A stretch of DNA of 64,000 nt from Ostrea edulis (lineage: Eukaryota): contig NC_079171.1 of assembly GCF_947568905.1 (NCBI RefSeq), positions 59,272,001-59,336,000 on the forward strand, given 5' to 3'. Below, in pieces: positions 1 to 15,100 of the stretch. The position numbers and the translations under genes were made by a program. How positions within the stretch are numbered: the first letter of the stretch is position 1; the number at the start of each line of letters is the position of its first letter. A model generated the notes under the pieces. It worked only from the letters and a program-made list of their open reading frames with translations. It searched no databases and had not been told where the DNA came from.

Positions 1-64
1 CTAATGACGGGCGTGTAATAACTTTCACTAGAAAACCAATTGTATAGATACACGTTTTCCATAC

Positions 65-101
65 CTTGTGCTGCTATGTAGATTTTCTCGCCATTGCAAT
101 C
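65..101 (-). CDS. PTP domain exon (DCNGEKIYIAAQG)
   Basis: tttcag|GAT ... CAA G|GTATGG, 37 nt. YIAAQG motif. An AG at positions 1-2 may be the next acceptor. Confidence 0.9.
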
Positions 102-3100
102 CTGAAATCCCATATACAGACTTTTGTGAGATCAATAATTATAAAAAGAATTTTAAAAAAGTAAATTTAAGAGGTAAAACATTGAATACTCATTACCTTA
201 ATGAAATTTGCATTAATGTAGTCATTCTCGGAATCACTCCACTTTTCTTTGAGTACCACTCTGGAATGTTCGTCTAAAACAGAAATTGCGATCTTCCACT
301 TTATATTCTGTTTCTATGGCTGCACTAAAATTATTTTAAGGTTATTTTAAAGAAAACATGAAAAATACACTTTACATGGAAATGTGGTTTTGAAGCGATT
401 TTTAACGACATTATCCGTCTTCTTTGCAGTTTGACAGATGTTGACGTCTCCAGGTGGAAATTTCTGTCAATTGAAAAAATGTTGTATTGAATATTTATGC
501 ACAATAATCGATTTGACAGCCAAATGCCACCAACCTAATACCCACTCAAAGTCGATGTTTCTTAACATGGGGATTTCATACCAAGAAATATGAAATCATT
601 GTAATAGTAGTTTCTATCTATTTCGTAAAGGATCGAAATAAAGTGTTTTGCCATTCAATACTGCCCATTTAAAATCATGTAGATAATGCATATCATGTTC
701 TTCGTTACATGCTAGAATTGACTAACGCTAGAATAGCCGTAATTCCTACTTTCTTTCTGTATGATAGTGATATACTCATTACCTTGTATTCGTGGAGAAA
801 AGTGTTGTTCTCTCCCTCGCTCTTTCTCAGAATCACGTCCTGTAGATCTTCAATTCGTATGTCTGTGTTGATCTGGACTGTGTTGTAATACCCACCGTCT
901 TCAGTCTCTTTTATTTCCGGTACATTGCATGATGCATCTGATTGAGTTTCTATCAAATAGTTGTATTTAATCAAATAGGTTGAAGATATTTCACAGACAG
1001 GGACTAAGTTCGTTTGGGCTCGAAGTTTATGAGATCATCAATATAGAAAAGGTTCTAACTTTGAACAGATAGAAAAACAAACTACCCTTCGCTTCAAATG
1101 CCTCAACACTCAGAAACTAGGTATGACATGCATAATTCACCGATCTCCTTGCATATATTAATGTTTTAATTACTTGCATGCCAAATTTCAATCCACGGGT
1201 TCTAAAAATAAGATATACCCATCATCGTTTTCTCGATTTCAGCCGTTTAGTTTTACTAGGACAGTTACCGGTCCAGGTCACCGGGTGGTTTTTTACCCTT
1301 GACAACAACAACATTCAGACTACCTGTGATGTTTTGATGCGTACCACTGATGTTTGCATATTGATTGGCTCTGCTCTTGTTTAATCCTTTTCTGAACGTG
1401 AAGTTTTGGACATCACTTCTTTCACTTGCACTATCCGATTTACTCATTCGGCGCCTACAAGCATAAACAACTAGTGCTATAATTGGAATACCTTTAACAA
1501 TTTCTTTACTTTACCTATAACTGCAAATTGAGATCAAATGGATGTTCTGTTGTCATTTTTTTTTTAAAATTTAGAATTATATGCCATCAAAGTACTGCAT
1601 TATGATATACGAGGATAACATATCAGTGAGGTAAACGTGTTAGGCTCAAGGTTACATATTGATTCAAAAGACTGTTTAAAAGATTTATGATACATACGTT
1701 GTCTAAATGATATACCTTAGAATTATAATCAACACAGCTCCAAGTATCAACAAGACAGCAGCAGTGGATACCGTTCCGCCTATTATTGCTTTTTGGGAAT
1801 CCGCAGTACTAACTTTTAGAGAGTGAACTGAAACAGAAAACTGAAAATTCATACCACTATAATTTACACTAGACACGTTGACTTGTAGTATATGGTCACT
1901 CTTTAACAACTATAATCGAATCGTTTCAAAGAACATTGAAACACGTGACTTGTTTTGTAGTTCTGCAGATATAATTAACTAGACCACATGGATAACAATG
2001 ATTAGGGAGTGAATAATTGGTCGCTGACTGCACTTACATAATATATTCGGACCCAAATCGAAAAGATCTAATTGTCATTGATTCATGAGATGAATTAATA
2101 TATGAGTTCGTATAATATTGAATTTAAATATTGAATTGATCAATAATTATCATCTCTTGTTATACGGAATCACCCCTTTCCAATGAAAACAATATCCATT
2201 TTCATAATTTCCGGAACGCAAGTTTTTTTTCCTGGTTCAAACATGCCAATGAAATCAAAAATTTTCATTTCAGCAATCCATGTTTGCCCAACTTTTTATT
2301 TTGCATTGCTTATAGGAATTATGAGATTAATCGCTATTCGTTTTCATTACCTTTCATCTAAATGAACGAGGACGCGATTGATAAGAATTAGGAAATGTCA
2401 TTTTAAGGGCTATGTATTCAATTATTCAATCATTTTGATAGATAAATGCGATTGGAAATAATTGTTGTCTTGTGATCATTTTGAATTCGAAGTTTGTGAA
2501 ATAAATTTGACACAAGCTGTTCCAATAAAATTTCGTATGGGTGTAAAAACACCAAGAAACATAGACTAATACAAACGTCTACATATTGTAGAAAAGGTGG
2601 CTTATTGTTTGTTTTTTTTCATTTATGTTCAATTTTATCCAGTTACCATCGCAGTGTGGTCCCTCCCATTCCTGTTGACAGCCAGCAGAGCAGTTCCCTT
2701 CGGTTTTCTCACACACGGGTTGTATTGTTTTACAATGTCCACATGCATTATCACAGTCACCGCCATAAAATCCGTCAGCACAAACTTAAAGAAAAACCCA
2801 AGAATGATACTTGTGATGAGTTTGCTTTGTAAATATTATAGTATGACTCATTTTTTCTACATATGATCAACATTACGAGTACAACGTTTATATTTTACAC
2901 GATACGGTATGTAACAACGAAACGGTGTAAAACAATTTGTTACACATCACATCATGAATGCTAATGTTATATAACAAAATTGTTTTTGTTTCATAGCGTT
3001 TTCATTCGTGCTACGCTTTGTAACAAATTATAAATACCGTCTCGGTGCAACAGTTTAGAGTTATTTCAGGGGAAAAAAAGCCTTGTAGATTCTTTTGAGT

Positions 3101-6100
3101 GGGTATATGTGCTTGACTTCCATGTTAATTCACACCCAGTATGTCAAGGACGATATGAAAACTACAAAAACATTCATCTCTTGGATATGGAGGTTTTAGG
3201 GTTAATGCTTCAATACAACAGCTGTAGTCAACTCCCCATTGGGTCAAATCCTGTCTGACGTGCTTCATAATGATGATTAGGCCTGTCTTGGCACACTTAT
3301 TTTCACCACGGATAACCCCGTTTACCTGATCAATATACAGGACTCGATGCGGATGTGGCCGGTCGAGAGGCGATGCTTACTCCTCCTAGGCACCTGATTC
3401 CACCACCTGTATATCCAGGGGTCCATGTTTGCCCGATTTTCTATATTGTATTGCTTATAGAAGTTATGAGATTGATCGTTGTTCTTTTATTTGCCTTTGT
3501 ATAATAGGCATCATGCCTATCACAAAATACTCCTCAGATTTATCTCTCTATATCATTATATCCCCCTCTCTCTGTAGGATATATTCAACATATTGCGCAT
3601 GAAAGCATTTTCTAAACATTGTGTGGGGGTAATGTGCTGTGATAATGTTGATGTAGCGAGCGAAGCATGGCATAGTGATTACATTAAAAACAACTATTGA
3701 ACTTAGTCGAATTGAAATTGAAAATGGTTGCGGGACACAGACAGAAAAATATATATTCTACTTCCATTGCTGATATGCTCTCTTTCAATCAATCAACCTT
3801 CCTATCTCAATCTATATATCAACCAATTAGACTAATCAATGGATTGATGAATATATCACAATGTATTTCTTTTTGTATTCTAATACATGGTTTCAGGAAA
3901 TATGTTGACATTATCAAAAAAGGACTGTCAGATATCATGCGATTTTATTGTTCGTTTGTTCCTATTTGCCTCGAGTTAAAATGTATGAAACTGATTAAAG
4001 TGTTCCAGAAGTTTGTTTGTATTTTCCCGCGTTGCAACTACCCATATTGCCCGAGAAATCCAACTCATGTCTTAAAATCGCAAGTACATAGCGGGCGAAT
4101 ATAGCACTACTTTGCCATATTTGTGTGTACGACGGTCAATCAATTAAATTACAATTTACTGGTTGCTAGTCTCGATGCAAGGTGTTTGTTGCAGGATTAT
4201 CCGGAGAATGAAGTCATCTGCAAGATTGATTGTTATTCTCAAAACCTCACATGTAGATCGTTATAACAATCTAGTTCGTGAATGCAGCCTATCACTGGGT
4301 CAAATGTTGTCTGACATGTTTCATGCCGATTGTTAGGCCGTTCATGTGACATTGATTTTGACAACGGATAACTCCGTTTACCTGATCATGACATAGAGCT
4401 CAAGGCGAATGTGTCCAGTCGAGAGTGGATAATTGCTCATTAATCTCTGGTGTGGATAGAGGTCCGTGCTTGCTCAATTATTATGTGTTGCTTACAGGAG
4501 TTATGAGATTGGTCACTGCCATTACCATAACCTTTCATCTTTCTATGTCTAAGATGATAACTACGTTTTGGCGCATTAGCACCCGGCTTCGTTGTTCTTT
4601 AAGTTTTTGAGAAATTGCGGTTTGACTCAAGGATGTTGAAAGACGGAGATTTTGAACACATGTGAAATGATGAAGGTGGAACAGTTTCATAGACACCTAT
4701 TTCTATAAGTTTGTACATGCCAACAAAACAACAGCAACAGTAGCGACGACAATATCACCACATAAATTCTCCTTTTCTGATCTATGTAAATCAGAACTAG
4801 TAGAACAAAAACTTCACAAACATGACAAAATACGGACATACAGATACATATTGACAGACATAAGATAGACAGAAAAACAGAGAAACATATCGTAACCCAA
4901 ATATACGTATCCGAGAATAACTGCAGATTGATCTCTTCATCAAATATGTTAAAATGAAACAAATATTAAATGTTGATTTACATACACTGATGCAAATGAA
5001 TCTATAAGACTATTTTCCTCGGAACCACATCCAAAATGGTACAGTTTTCACACCGTAATTAACAATTTGCTGTATATCGTTGTCATCCGCAGAACGGTGT
5101 GTAGCAATTTGTTACAAAGATCAGCATGAATTATGTTATTTAGCAGAAAACAAAGGCCTTAATTGCCTCCGAGTCGATTCGTCCACGATTTGCAGCAAGG
5201 GAGCATATATACAGCACGATCTCATGAACTTTAATTTTGAATGTTTAAACTATAGTGAAACAAAATGTACCTGCATAAGTATTAGGTTAAAATAAGTATT
5301 TGCTGAATTTAAAGGTCACCAACTAGGGATATGACAAATCAGTTGGAGGAATTAATCCATAAAACTCCCAGACGACAAGCTCTATGTACACTACGAAGCT
5401 TTCCTTTTTAGTGAAGTTGAGTTAAAGTTATCTAGCTAATTAGCACAAACTCATAAAAATCACCACGGGGGTGTGCATTTCATTTCTAATCAAGTAACCA
5501 AGTGTACATGTATTTTTTCCGTTGTAGAAAAATTGATAATCAGCATTGTGAATTGAATCATTAATGTTTAGTGGAAATAATTGGAATACCTCATAGAAAT
5601 GAATAAGAACAGCATTATTAGTATATTTGATTTTCTATAGATTTTTTCCACCATTACACGCACAATCTTATTTTGCTTTCTGTTGTTGAGAGATTGATTC
5701 TTTCAATTCGGGGTTTAGAGTGACAAATAAAAAACCCAAAGATTGAACGTTTAATAAACTCCAATTGAATGGTGAACAATAGATACACTTTTTTGAACTG
5801 TGAACGAAAACCCTTTAAAGGGAAATGCATGGAAAACGAGCGCAGAATGCTTGGTTTACGAATAATGATCAAATAAAATGTAACGGAGAAGTAGAACTCG
5901 GGTAATAGTGATTTGATTATAGTCATGTTTACCCTCAGTTTATGAAGTAACATTAACATGATCAAACAGTGAGGTTTACTTTGTAGTATAGGATTCAGAT
6001 GTAAGTTAATTTTTTACCATCGCATTTTGTTCCATTCCAGTGATCCTTACATCCTTTTGGACAAATCCCTGTCGATTTGTCACAGAACGTTCCTGTCTCA

Positions 6101-9100
6101 CAGTGTCCGCATGATTCAGAGCAGTTCAGTCCATGAAATCCGCCTTTACACACTGAATTATTGTGATATTCTTACTAATATTAATAATAACATGCGTCAT
6201 TTATTGCATTATCATAGTCTACAGGTTTTATTTGCCTCAACTATTTATTACTGAACATGTTTATAAACAAGTAAAGGTATATCTTCATATATAATGTTTA
6301 TTGTATGATAAGATGCAGATAAACAAACTTTGAATTTAACTTAGTCGATAATTAATGCTAAAACGAATAAATCCACTTCATAAACATGGACTAAAACATA
6401 TACTTTAGAATAACCAAAGTTATGATTATATATAATGCTATATACTCCATATTATTACCGTCACATTTGGATCCACTCCAGTGATCTTCACATTTATTTG
6501 GACACGTCCCCGTCATGTTATCACAGAACGTCCCTGTCGTACAGTGTCCACATGCTTTGGAACAATTCATGTCGTAGAAACCATCTTTACACACTGAATT
6601 ATACCAATCATTGAACTTTAAAATCATGGCATTTGTCATTTCATATCAAAACATGGTTAAAATGTTTTCACTTGACCCACTGCATGTTATTACAGGACGT
6701 CTCTCCCTTATTACATCCGCATGATTAAGACGAATTCATTTCGTAGTATCCTCCTTCGCAACTAGGTTAAGGGCTTCCATAGTAAAATGCACAATACTCA
6801 TGGCGTGAATTTGCACCTCAAATTCACAGGTATCATTGCACTTGTTACGGTTAAAAATCGAAACAATACATCCCATATGCTGACCGTGACTGAGCTACCG
6901 TAAATCCCCCTCATGGTAATTCCCCGTGACGTCAGTTGAATATCACGTAACACTTTGTTTTTGGAAAACAGCAAGAGGCCCTATTTGTGAACAAAAGTTC
7001 AAGTTCATGCGGGTAACCAGCTGAATTGTTATTGATGTACTCAGAAAAAAATCCTTAACATGAAAAGTGTTGAGAACAAATGCATACTCAAACTAAACAT
7101 GCTATAATTTAACAACATATCAACATTCATCAGCGAATTACCGGGGTTGTCCACATTCTTATACACATCATACCGTTAATATACAAGGCAGAAATTGGTC
7201 CCCGCATTTTTCAAACGCATAAATATATTTAAATCATAAATCAGAAAAATTCATATTATTTTTTATAGCAGATGAACCTGGACTTCGCCACTGTTTCTGT
7301 AGTATGGTATTATTTATGTACATGAGGGGATTTTTAAACGCATCAGTCATTCAGATTAGGGACGATTTCAAGGTTGCAATATAATATGAATATCACCTTT
7401 GTGCATACTATACATTAAAAATGGAGAATGATTTGATATCATAAAGGAATAATGTATATATTATATATATATTCATTTGACAAGATATATTTTCACGTAT
7501 ACAGCTTATGAATTGATAACAGTAGTAAATAACGACAACATATTATGAAACTTTCCCCGCGATGCAACTATCAGAACATGTACGCTGTGACGTACTTTTT
7601 CCATGAGACGTCATATGGTACGAAGTGCAGAGATGTACATTTATAACAGCACTGTGATTTTTCTAGAATAGCCTTATCTGAGCTGCGTTCACAAACTAAA
7701 TTATAGTAGTAGATAAAATGTCGAAAGGATTCTCTTCAATTCGTTCAGCTTCATTCGATGGAAATTTAAGGTAGCGAACAATGGTCAATCCCGTAACTCC
7801 TATAAGGAATGTTAAGTACAGTTGCTGTTGATGAAATAACTGCTCATATTGTCAAAACAGTCAAGGTTTTAAAGTTATTTTCGGGAAATATCGTGCAATG
7901 TGTTGAAATATCATAAGCTTTGATGTTGTTAGTTGGAGGAAGTGTTTCAAATTCATAAAAAGTTCTTTAGAATAGTTTAGAATCTACATTTGATTTGCAC
8001 AACTTTAAGCATATGTTGTAGCGAAATATGTTTGGGGTATCACAACTTTAATGGTATCAAACATAGTTCAGAAAGTATTTGTTTGAATGGAATCTGGAGC
8101 GCCCATTCAACGCATACTGTGAAAACGAACCTGGATAAATTTTGTTCAAATACATTTTTTAAGCAACGTTGACCAAATTTGTTGCAACTCAGTTATTACG
8201 TGGTCCGCTGGATGATGCATGCAATAGATTGTGAAATGATTTTATTATATGAAACGTTGCAACAATTCATTTTCGGGCCATATCACTTACATTAAGGGAA
8301 GGTTAAGTGTCGTTTTGCATTTCTTGAATGATGACAGGTGAAGATCACGAACATTGATCAATCTCGTAACTCCTATAAACAAAACAAAATAGCAAGTTGG
8401 GCAAACACGCTTTCCTGGACACGCAAGAGTGGGATCATGTGCCTAGGAGGAATAATCATCCCCTGTCGACCGGTTACATTCGCCATGTGGCCTAAATCTT
8501 GATCAGGTAAACGGAAACAATAATAATACTAATAATAATAGTCTGATTTACCACAATTTCACACTCAGTTTATGAAGCTTGCTGTAAAAGGAGGTAACAT
8601 AAATCAACGTATTTAGATGTGACGTGTGTTAAATGACGTGGAACGAAGTGGACTTTAAACACATACTGATTAAATTTCCACGTATAAAGGTAATTGATGA
8701 TGAACTTCGATTTGCTTGAAGGAGTTATGACATTGATCGTTGTTCGCTGTATCCACCTGTCATTGCTTATATTGATGAGTTACAATGTTACTTAAAAGTG
8801 TATGGGTAGTATAAAATTGAAATTTTCAGATACGTTTATAGCAGTATACTTTGATCAAACACTCAATGAGACAAAGTTAACGAAATTAAAGTTATAATAT
8901 TTTAGAAAACTTTTAATTGTCATACCGTTACATTTAGATTCATCCCAGTGATATTGACATCCCTCTAGACACGCCCCAGTCATGTTGTTACAATGCGTTC
9001 CTGTTTTACAATGTCCACATGTTTTAGAACAATTCTGGCTATAAAACCCGCCTTCACATACTGAAATATAGTAATCATTGAAAACAAGTTGAATTTCTAT

Positions 9101-12100
9101 TATTAGAAAAGGCAAATGGAATTAGATATGTTATTTTAATGGATTTATTGGCATCTATATTTATCACTTAACATTATCTTAGACTATATTTGTTGATGGG
9201 CATCATATAACAACGAGTGAAATGTGGATGTTTGAATGCAACACGAAATCCTCAACCAACTTAAAATTAATGATGTACAGGCTCAAAACAAAGAATTCAA
9301 CTTATTTGAAGTAAACTAACTAAAAGTTAATTACATAAACACATGTGATGGTCTTACCGTCACATTTAGTTCCGTTCCAATGATCCTGACATCCGCTTGG
9401 ACACGCCCCCGTCATGTTATTACATAATGTCCCTGTCTTACAACTGCCGCATGACTCAGAACAATTCAGTCCATAAAACCCGCCTTTACACACTAAAGCA
9501 AAGTCCATATTACTTTTAAAAAATGGCCTTCATTTTGTTCACACACATTTTATATAATTCTGAGGGGAAAAAATGCAACATATATATGCGCATGTGGTAA
9601 AGGAAAGGGAAAATGTGTTTTATATAATTTGCAGGTCCTGTCCAGTGTTTACTGTTAAACTAAACCTAGTTCAAGTATTCAACGAACACTCAATTAAAGT
9701 AAACTGTACCTAATCGAAATCAACGAATTCGTTATATATACTACTCAAAATTTGATAAGGATCACTAGGTTATATGTTTGTAATTTACCACTAACATAAC
9801 AAAAGACATACATTTGACTCAGAAACGTGTTTACTCAGGTTATGAATGAGAATTCATGAACGGCATGAACTTTTATCAATACGGAATGCTTGAAATATGA
9901 TAACAACACCAAAAGGCATTTCATTACAAAAATTTAGCAGAAAACCAAAGAAAGAATTACGCAGTTTTTGGGGGTAGTCCATCATTACACTTAGTCGATG
10001 AAGTGTCAATACCGGGTATGGCCTTCCCTTGCATCAATGACGGCTTGACAACGTCGAGCCATGCTGTCAATAAGCACTCGGATGTTTCCAATGGGAAGGC
10101 TGTTCCACTCTTCCACGGGGGCGTTTCCGAGCTCTGCCAGAGTCGTGGGTTGTGCTCTACGGCGTGAAAGGGCAATCTGCAGCATGTTCCATACATGCTC
10201 AATCGGGTTCAAGTCCGGTGAGTGCGCTGGCCAGTCCATACGGACAATTGTATCCTGCTAAAGGTACTGCTCCACCACCCTGGCGCGATGAGGACGAACT
10301 CAGGGCCAAGAGCACCAGCGTATGGTCTGACGTAAACATCGATGATCTCATCCCGGTACCGCACCCCCGTCATTGTTCCTCTCTCCAGGACATGAAGATC
10401 TGTTTTTCCATCCCTGCTGATTCCACCTCAGACCATGATGGAACCACCACCATAACGGTCATGTTCACTGATGTTGGCATCATGGAAACGTTCACGTTGT
10501 CATCACCACACTCGGTGCCTCCTGTCTGTAAAGTCCAAACAATACCTGGACTCATTGGTGAACAGAACTTGAACCCAATCGTTTTGTGTCCAGGTGACAT
10601 GATCTTCAGCCCAGTTCAATCGCTCCTGCCGGTGTCGAACAGTCAGAGGGACTCAAACACATGCCCTTCTCGAGTTGAAACCTGCATTGTGAAACCGATT
10701 CCGTATCGTCTGAGTGGACACATTCACCCCGAGGCGTTCAGGAGGTCGTTACGTAGGCTAGTTGCTGTCCAGAAGGGATGGCGTCGTGCCTGAAGAGCCT
10801 CAAAAAGGTATTGGCGTTGGGTTGTCGACCTCTGACGACCACCCCTATGTCGGTGTGCTGCTGTACGAAAAGTTTGCTGTCGGTTCCAGGCCCTGTTTAT
10901 AACACTCTGGCTGACGTTTAGTGCATTTGCAACGTCACGTTGTGAATAGCCAGCGTCAAGCATTTCAATACATCTGACCAGCTGTTCTGTCGGCAGGCGA
11001 CGCCTTACACGCTGAGGGGGCATTGTGTTGATAAACGTAGTGTAAACACTCAAGTGAGTTTGAAATTTTAGAAAGAATCAGACACCGCTGCCTGAGTGAA
11101 AATCGTGCAATGGTAGCAAAAGCAGAAACTTTGATGAGAAACGCATCTCCCATGGCATGAAATGCACGTGCAAGTTTGTTGAAGACGTTTTTGATTGTAC
11201 TTAGACACAATATTGCCAGTTATGCAGTTATTAATTTTTAAACAAAAACATCTATGATCCTTATAAAATTTTGAGTAGTATATTATATGCTGGCTTAAAA
11301 ATATCATGGTAGTACACAATGTACCAATTCATTACCCATATTCTTCCATGTGTAAACAGGGCGACATTGTTAGTGTCGTTTCGATGTACAATCTGGATAT
11401 TTTGTTCAAGTATCAACGATGTTATATGCAGTTAACAATTGTACATAAAGTACAACACTGAATGTTATATAAATATTGTGGCTTGTCAAGCACTGAACGA
11501 GAGTTTTCGTATATGCAAGTAATCATATACCAATGCAAAATAAAGGTAATCGATCATTTTTGGATCAAAATTCATTATCTAACCGTCACATTTGGATCCG
11601 TTCCAATGATCTTGACATCCATTTGGACACGCCCCTGTCACTTTATTGCAGAATATCCCCGTTTTACAGTGTCCACAAGGTTTGGAACAATTCGAGTCGT
11701 AGAACCCGTCTTTACACACTGGATTATATCAATCATTGAACATTAAAGTAATCGATTTTGTTATCACATGTGTAATTATATCAAAAGGTTTCATTTAGTT
11801 CCTATATGCATCATTTAAATATTTAATTAGTTCACGAATATCACATCATAGACAAGTAAATATGATAATATCTACTATATGGATCCAAAAAAAGTATTAA
11901 CAAAATAATTAAAGAAATTGAATATAGTTGACAGAAATAATATGTGTACATGTTGGTTAGTTATTTGAATTAGTGCTCGACTTCTTTGAACCAAAACTCT
12001 TAATATTTTAAAATTATTTGCTTGATAGTCATACCGTTACATTTCGGTCCGCTCCAGTGTTCTTGACATCCATTTGGACACGCTCCTGTCATATTATTAC

Positions 12101-15100
12101 AGAAGGTCCCTAACTTACAGTGTCCGCATGTTTCAGAACAACCCGCTCCATAAAACCCGTCTCTACACACTAAATTATACAAATGATTAAAATTAAGCAG
12201 TTTCTATTTATAGCTAAGAACATCAACATATAAAAATATGTAATAAATATATGCGTGTGTTTAAAGAAACCGAGCGTGCTTCCGCCATACAATATATAAC
12301 ACCTTCACAATGCTTAATTTTGAGCATAATCAACGCTAGTTCAAGCATTCTGTCGATTACTCTTTTGCAGCAAACTAGAGCTAATCAAATTCAACAGATT
12401 TGTTGGATGAGTGTTAACAGGTTGCATCATATCAATATTTTCAGTATGACAGCCATATCTATTGTGCTTGTAATTCTATGACATTTAAGTTATCTACGAT
12501 GCTTAAAATTACATTTTCCACAATGATCTACTGTACAGTAACATATACTCTTTGCCCTCAATTAACTAATGTCTCAAAGTTTGGAATAATACATGTAAAA
12601 CCAACATGGAAGGATTCCTTAAAGTCCAGAAATGGGCTGTAAGAAATATTCATGACGCAACAACGGATAATCTATCAAACCCTCGTTTGAAAAGTTAGGA
12701 TGATTAAATGTATTTGAATCAATTATATTACATCAGTGTATCATATTGTACAAAATTGGTAGTGTATGAGGCCCGGACATTTACTGAATGTGTTTTGTTT
12801 TACAAACTCACGATTCCCTGCGTTCAGAATTAAATTGTAATCTTCATTTACCAAAACATCGAACAATCTTATTCGAAAACGGAACATTACTCGTGCTTCA
12901 TGGGGGGAAATGTAACCCATTTGGCTTCATTTTTCTAATATTTTAAAATCAGATTAAGGTTCATATCCCAATGCAATTGTAACAATAAAGGCGTGAATTG
13001 ACTTTATGAAATCATCTTTAGTTAATTAAAAATATGTTAAATGAAAGAGTGTAGATTTGATATGTGCTAAATTGACTCGGATGACGTAGATGAAACATAT
13101 GAAGTAGAATCAAACTGATTGAATATTTATATGGACACATCAACGATATTAATTATGAAATGTGATTACTCCTACAGAAAGTTAACTGTCTTACCGTTAC
13201 ATTTAGATCCGCTCCATTGATCTTGACATCCATTTGGACATTCCCCTGTCATGTTGTTACAGAACGTCCCTGTCTTACAGTGTCCGCATGGTGTGGAACA
13301 ACTCGAGTCGTAGAACCCTCCTTTACACACTGCATTATACCATTGATTGAATTAAAAACATTACTTTTTATGAGATAATACATATAAAAACATATTTTTC
13401 AAGTTTTCATTCGTCTCTTTTATTTCATTTTTTTTAAAAGATGAAAGGTGAAGATAACGAACAATGATCAATCTTATAATTCCTATAAGCAATACAAAAT
13501 AAATTGTTGGACAAACAAGGACTCCTGGACACACCAGCTATGGGATCAGGTGCCTAGGAGGAGTAAGCATCCCCTCTCGACCGGTCACACTTGACGTGAG
13601 ACCTATATCCTGATCAGGTAAACGGAGTTATCCGTAGTCAAAATCAGTGTGCCAAGAACGACCTGACAATTCGTATGAAACACGTAACACAACATTTGAC
13701 TGAATGATATGTTGTATTGACGAATTAGATCGTTATAACGACTATAACATTTGCGAAATGTTGATTTCCGTCGAGACTGTTGAAACCCCTGTACCATCAA
13801 CTTCTGTGCCAGTAGCGTGCCTCGATTTAAAAACTGACAATACGCAGTACAAGCTCGTGCGTATCGAATTAGTTGATCTCAAAAATCATAATCAAAATGC
13901 CTCATACATTTCGTTGAAAGTAATTTCCCTAAAATACAAAAAGTTCATAATAGCAAGTTTCAAAACTCCCATAGGGAATACAGAGATAAGGGTTTAGCAA
14001 ACATATACCAGAGGTGAGATCAGGGACGTAGAAAGAGTTGAAAAGTCATATGTCTTAATGTCGATTTAAGAATTTTTGGGATTTCAAAATTAAAGGTTCT
14101 TTAATACATTTTTAGAAAGAATATTTGATTAGCATCGCCTTTGATACTATTCATTTCATCCCAACGGATGATAATAATAATAATATTGATAACATTACTA
14201 CTTTTGGAAGCATTACTGGTCTGTTCTAAAAATAAATGTGCACGACTTTCGGTAAATTTAAATTCACACAAGTGTTTACAAGTCAATAGCGTTAAAACGT
14301 AAGAGTCTTCAGGATTTTACCAGACTATTCCTCACTATAAATGAAAGGCTGGGGATTTTCATTATGTAGATAGCTATCTCTTTAATGCAATAGGAAGTGC
14401 GGATATTTCATATCATGTAATCAGTCAAGTAAAACATGAATTTCTACGCACAAAGACTCCTAAATTGATATTGAAAAGATGTTGTAGTTCCTCACTGACA
14501 ATATATTTAATGTCTTTGGTGACAAAGTATTCCAACAATCTGTTGGATTTTCCATGGGCGCAAATTATTATACAGTTATTGACTGAGTTCGACGACAACA
14601 GCTGTTTTGTTTGACCCGAGAACGGGTCTGTTGCCCGAAGCCGTAGGCTGAGGACAACAGATCCGTTCAAGGGTCAAACAAAACAGCTGTTGTCCGAGGA
14701 CACAGTCTATAACTGTTTTGTTATACACTTTCAATTTTTAGGATGTTTTACTAGATGCATACGCCATGTGACATGGTTTGTTGACTTCGAACTTTTAACA
14801 TGACAGAGGAATTGTATTCATTTATCAACACTTCCACTAGTTTAAAAGAAAACCTGCGTAATATCCTAATTAAAAATCAATAATTACATTTTTGTGTCTA
14901 TGTGCTGCGTTCCTTCTACTAAATCTGTATCTTCATCAGTCAAATCGGTGAACCTCGCCATAACAACAGACAGAGAACCACGTGACTTATACAGCCAATA
15001 GAAATAAAGCAGACTATAGTCCGGCCAATAGTTCGTAAACTGTTGACTGGTCAATAGACCACGAGCGTGATAATTGGTTTAACAGTAAACATGTTACTTC

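Noticed and set aside
4690-4830. Hydrophobic minus-strand stretch (IYVVILSSLLLLLFCW) as an alternative TM exon
   Set aside because: Low-complexity CTG/TTG run, weak donor (GTACAA), and phase not compatible with the downstream cytoplasmic exon.
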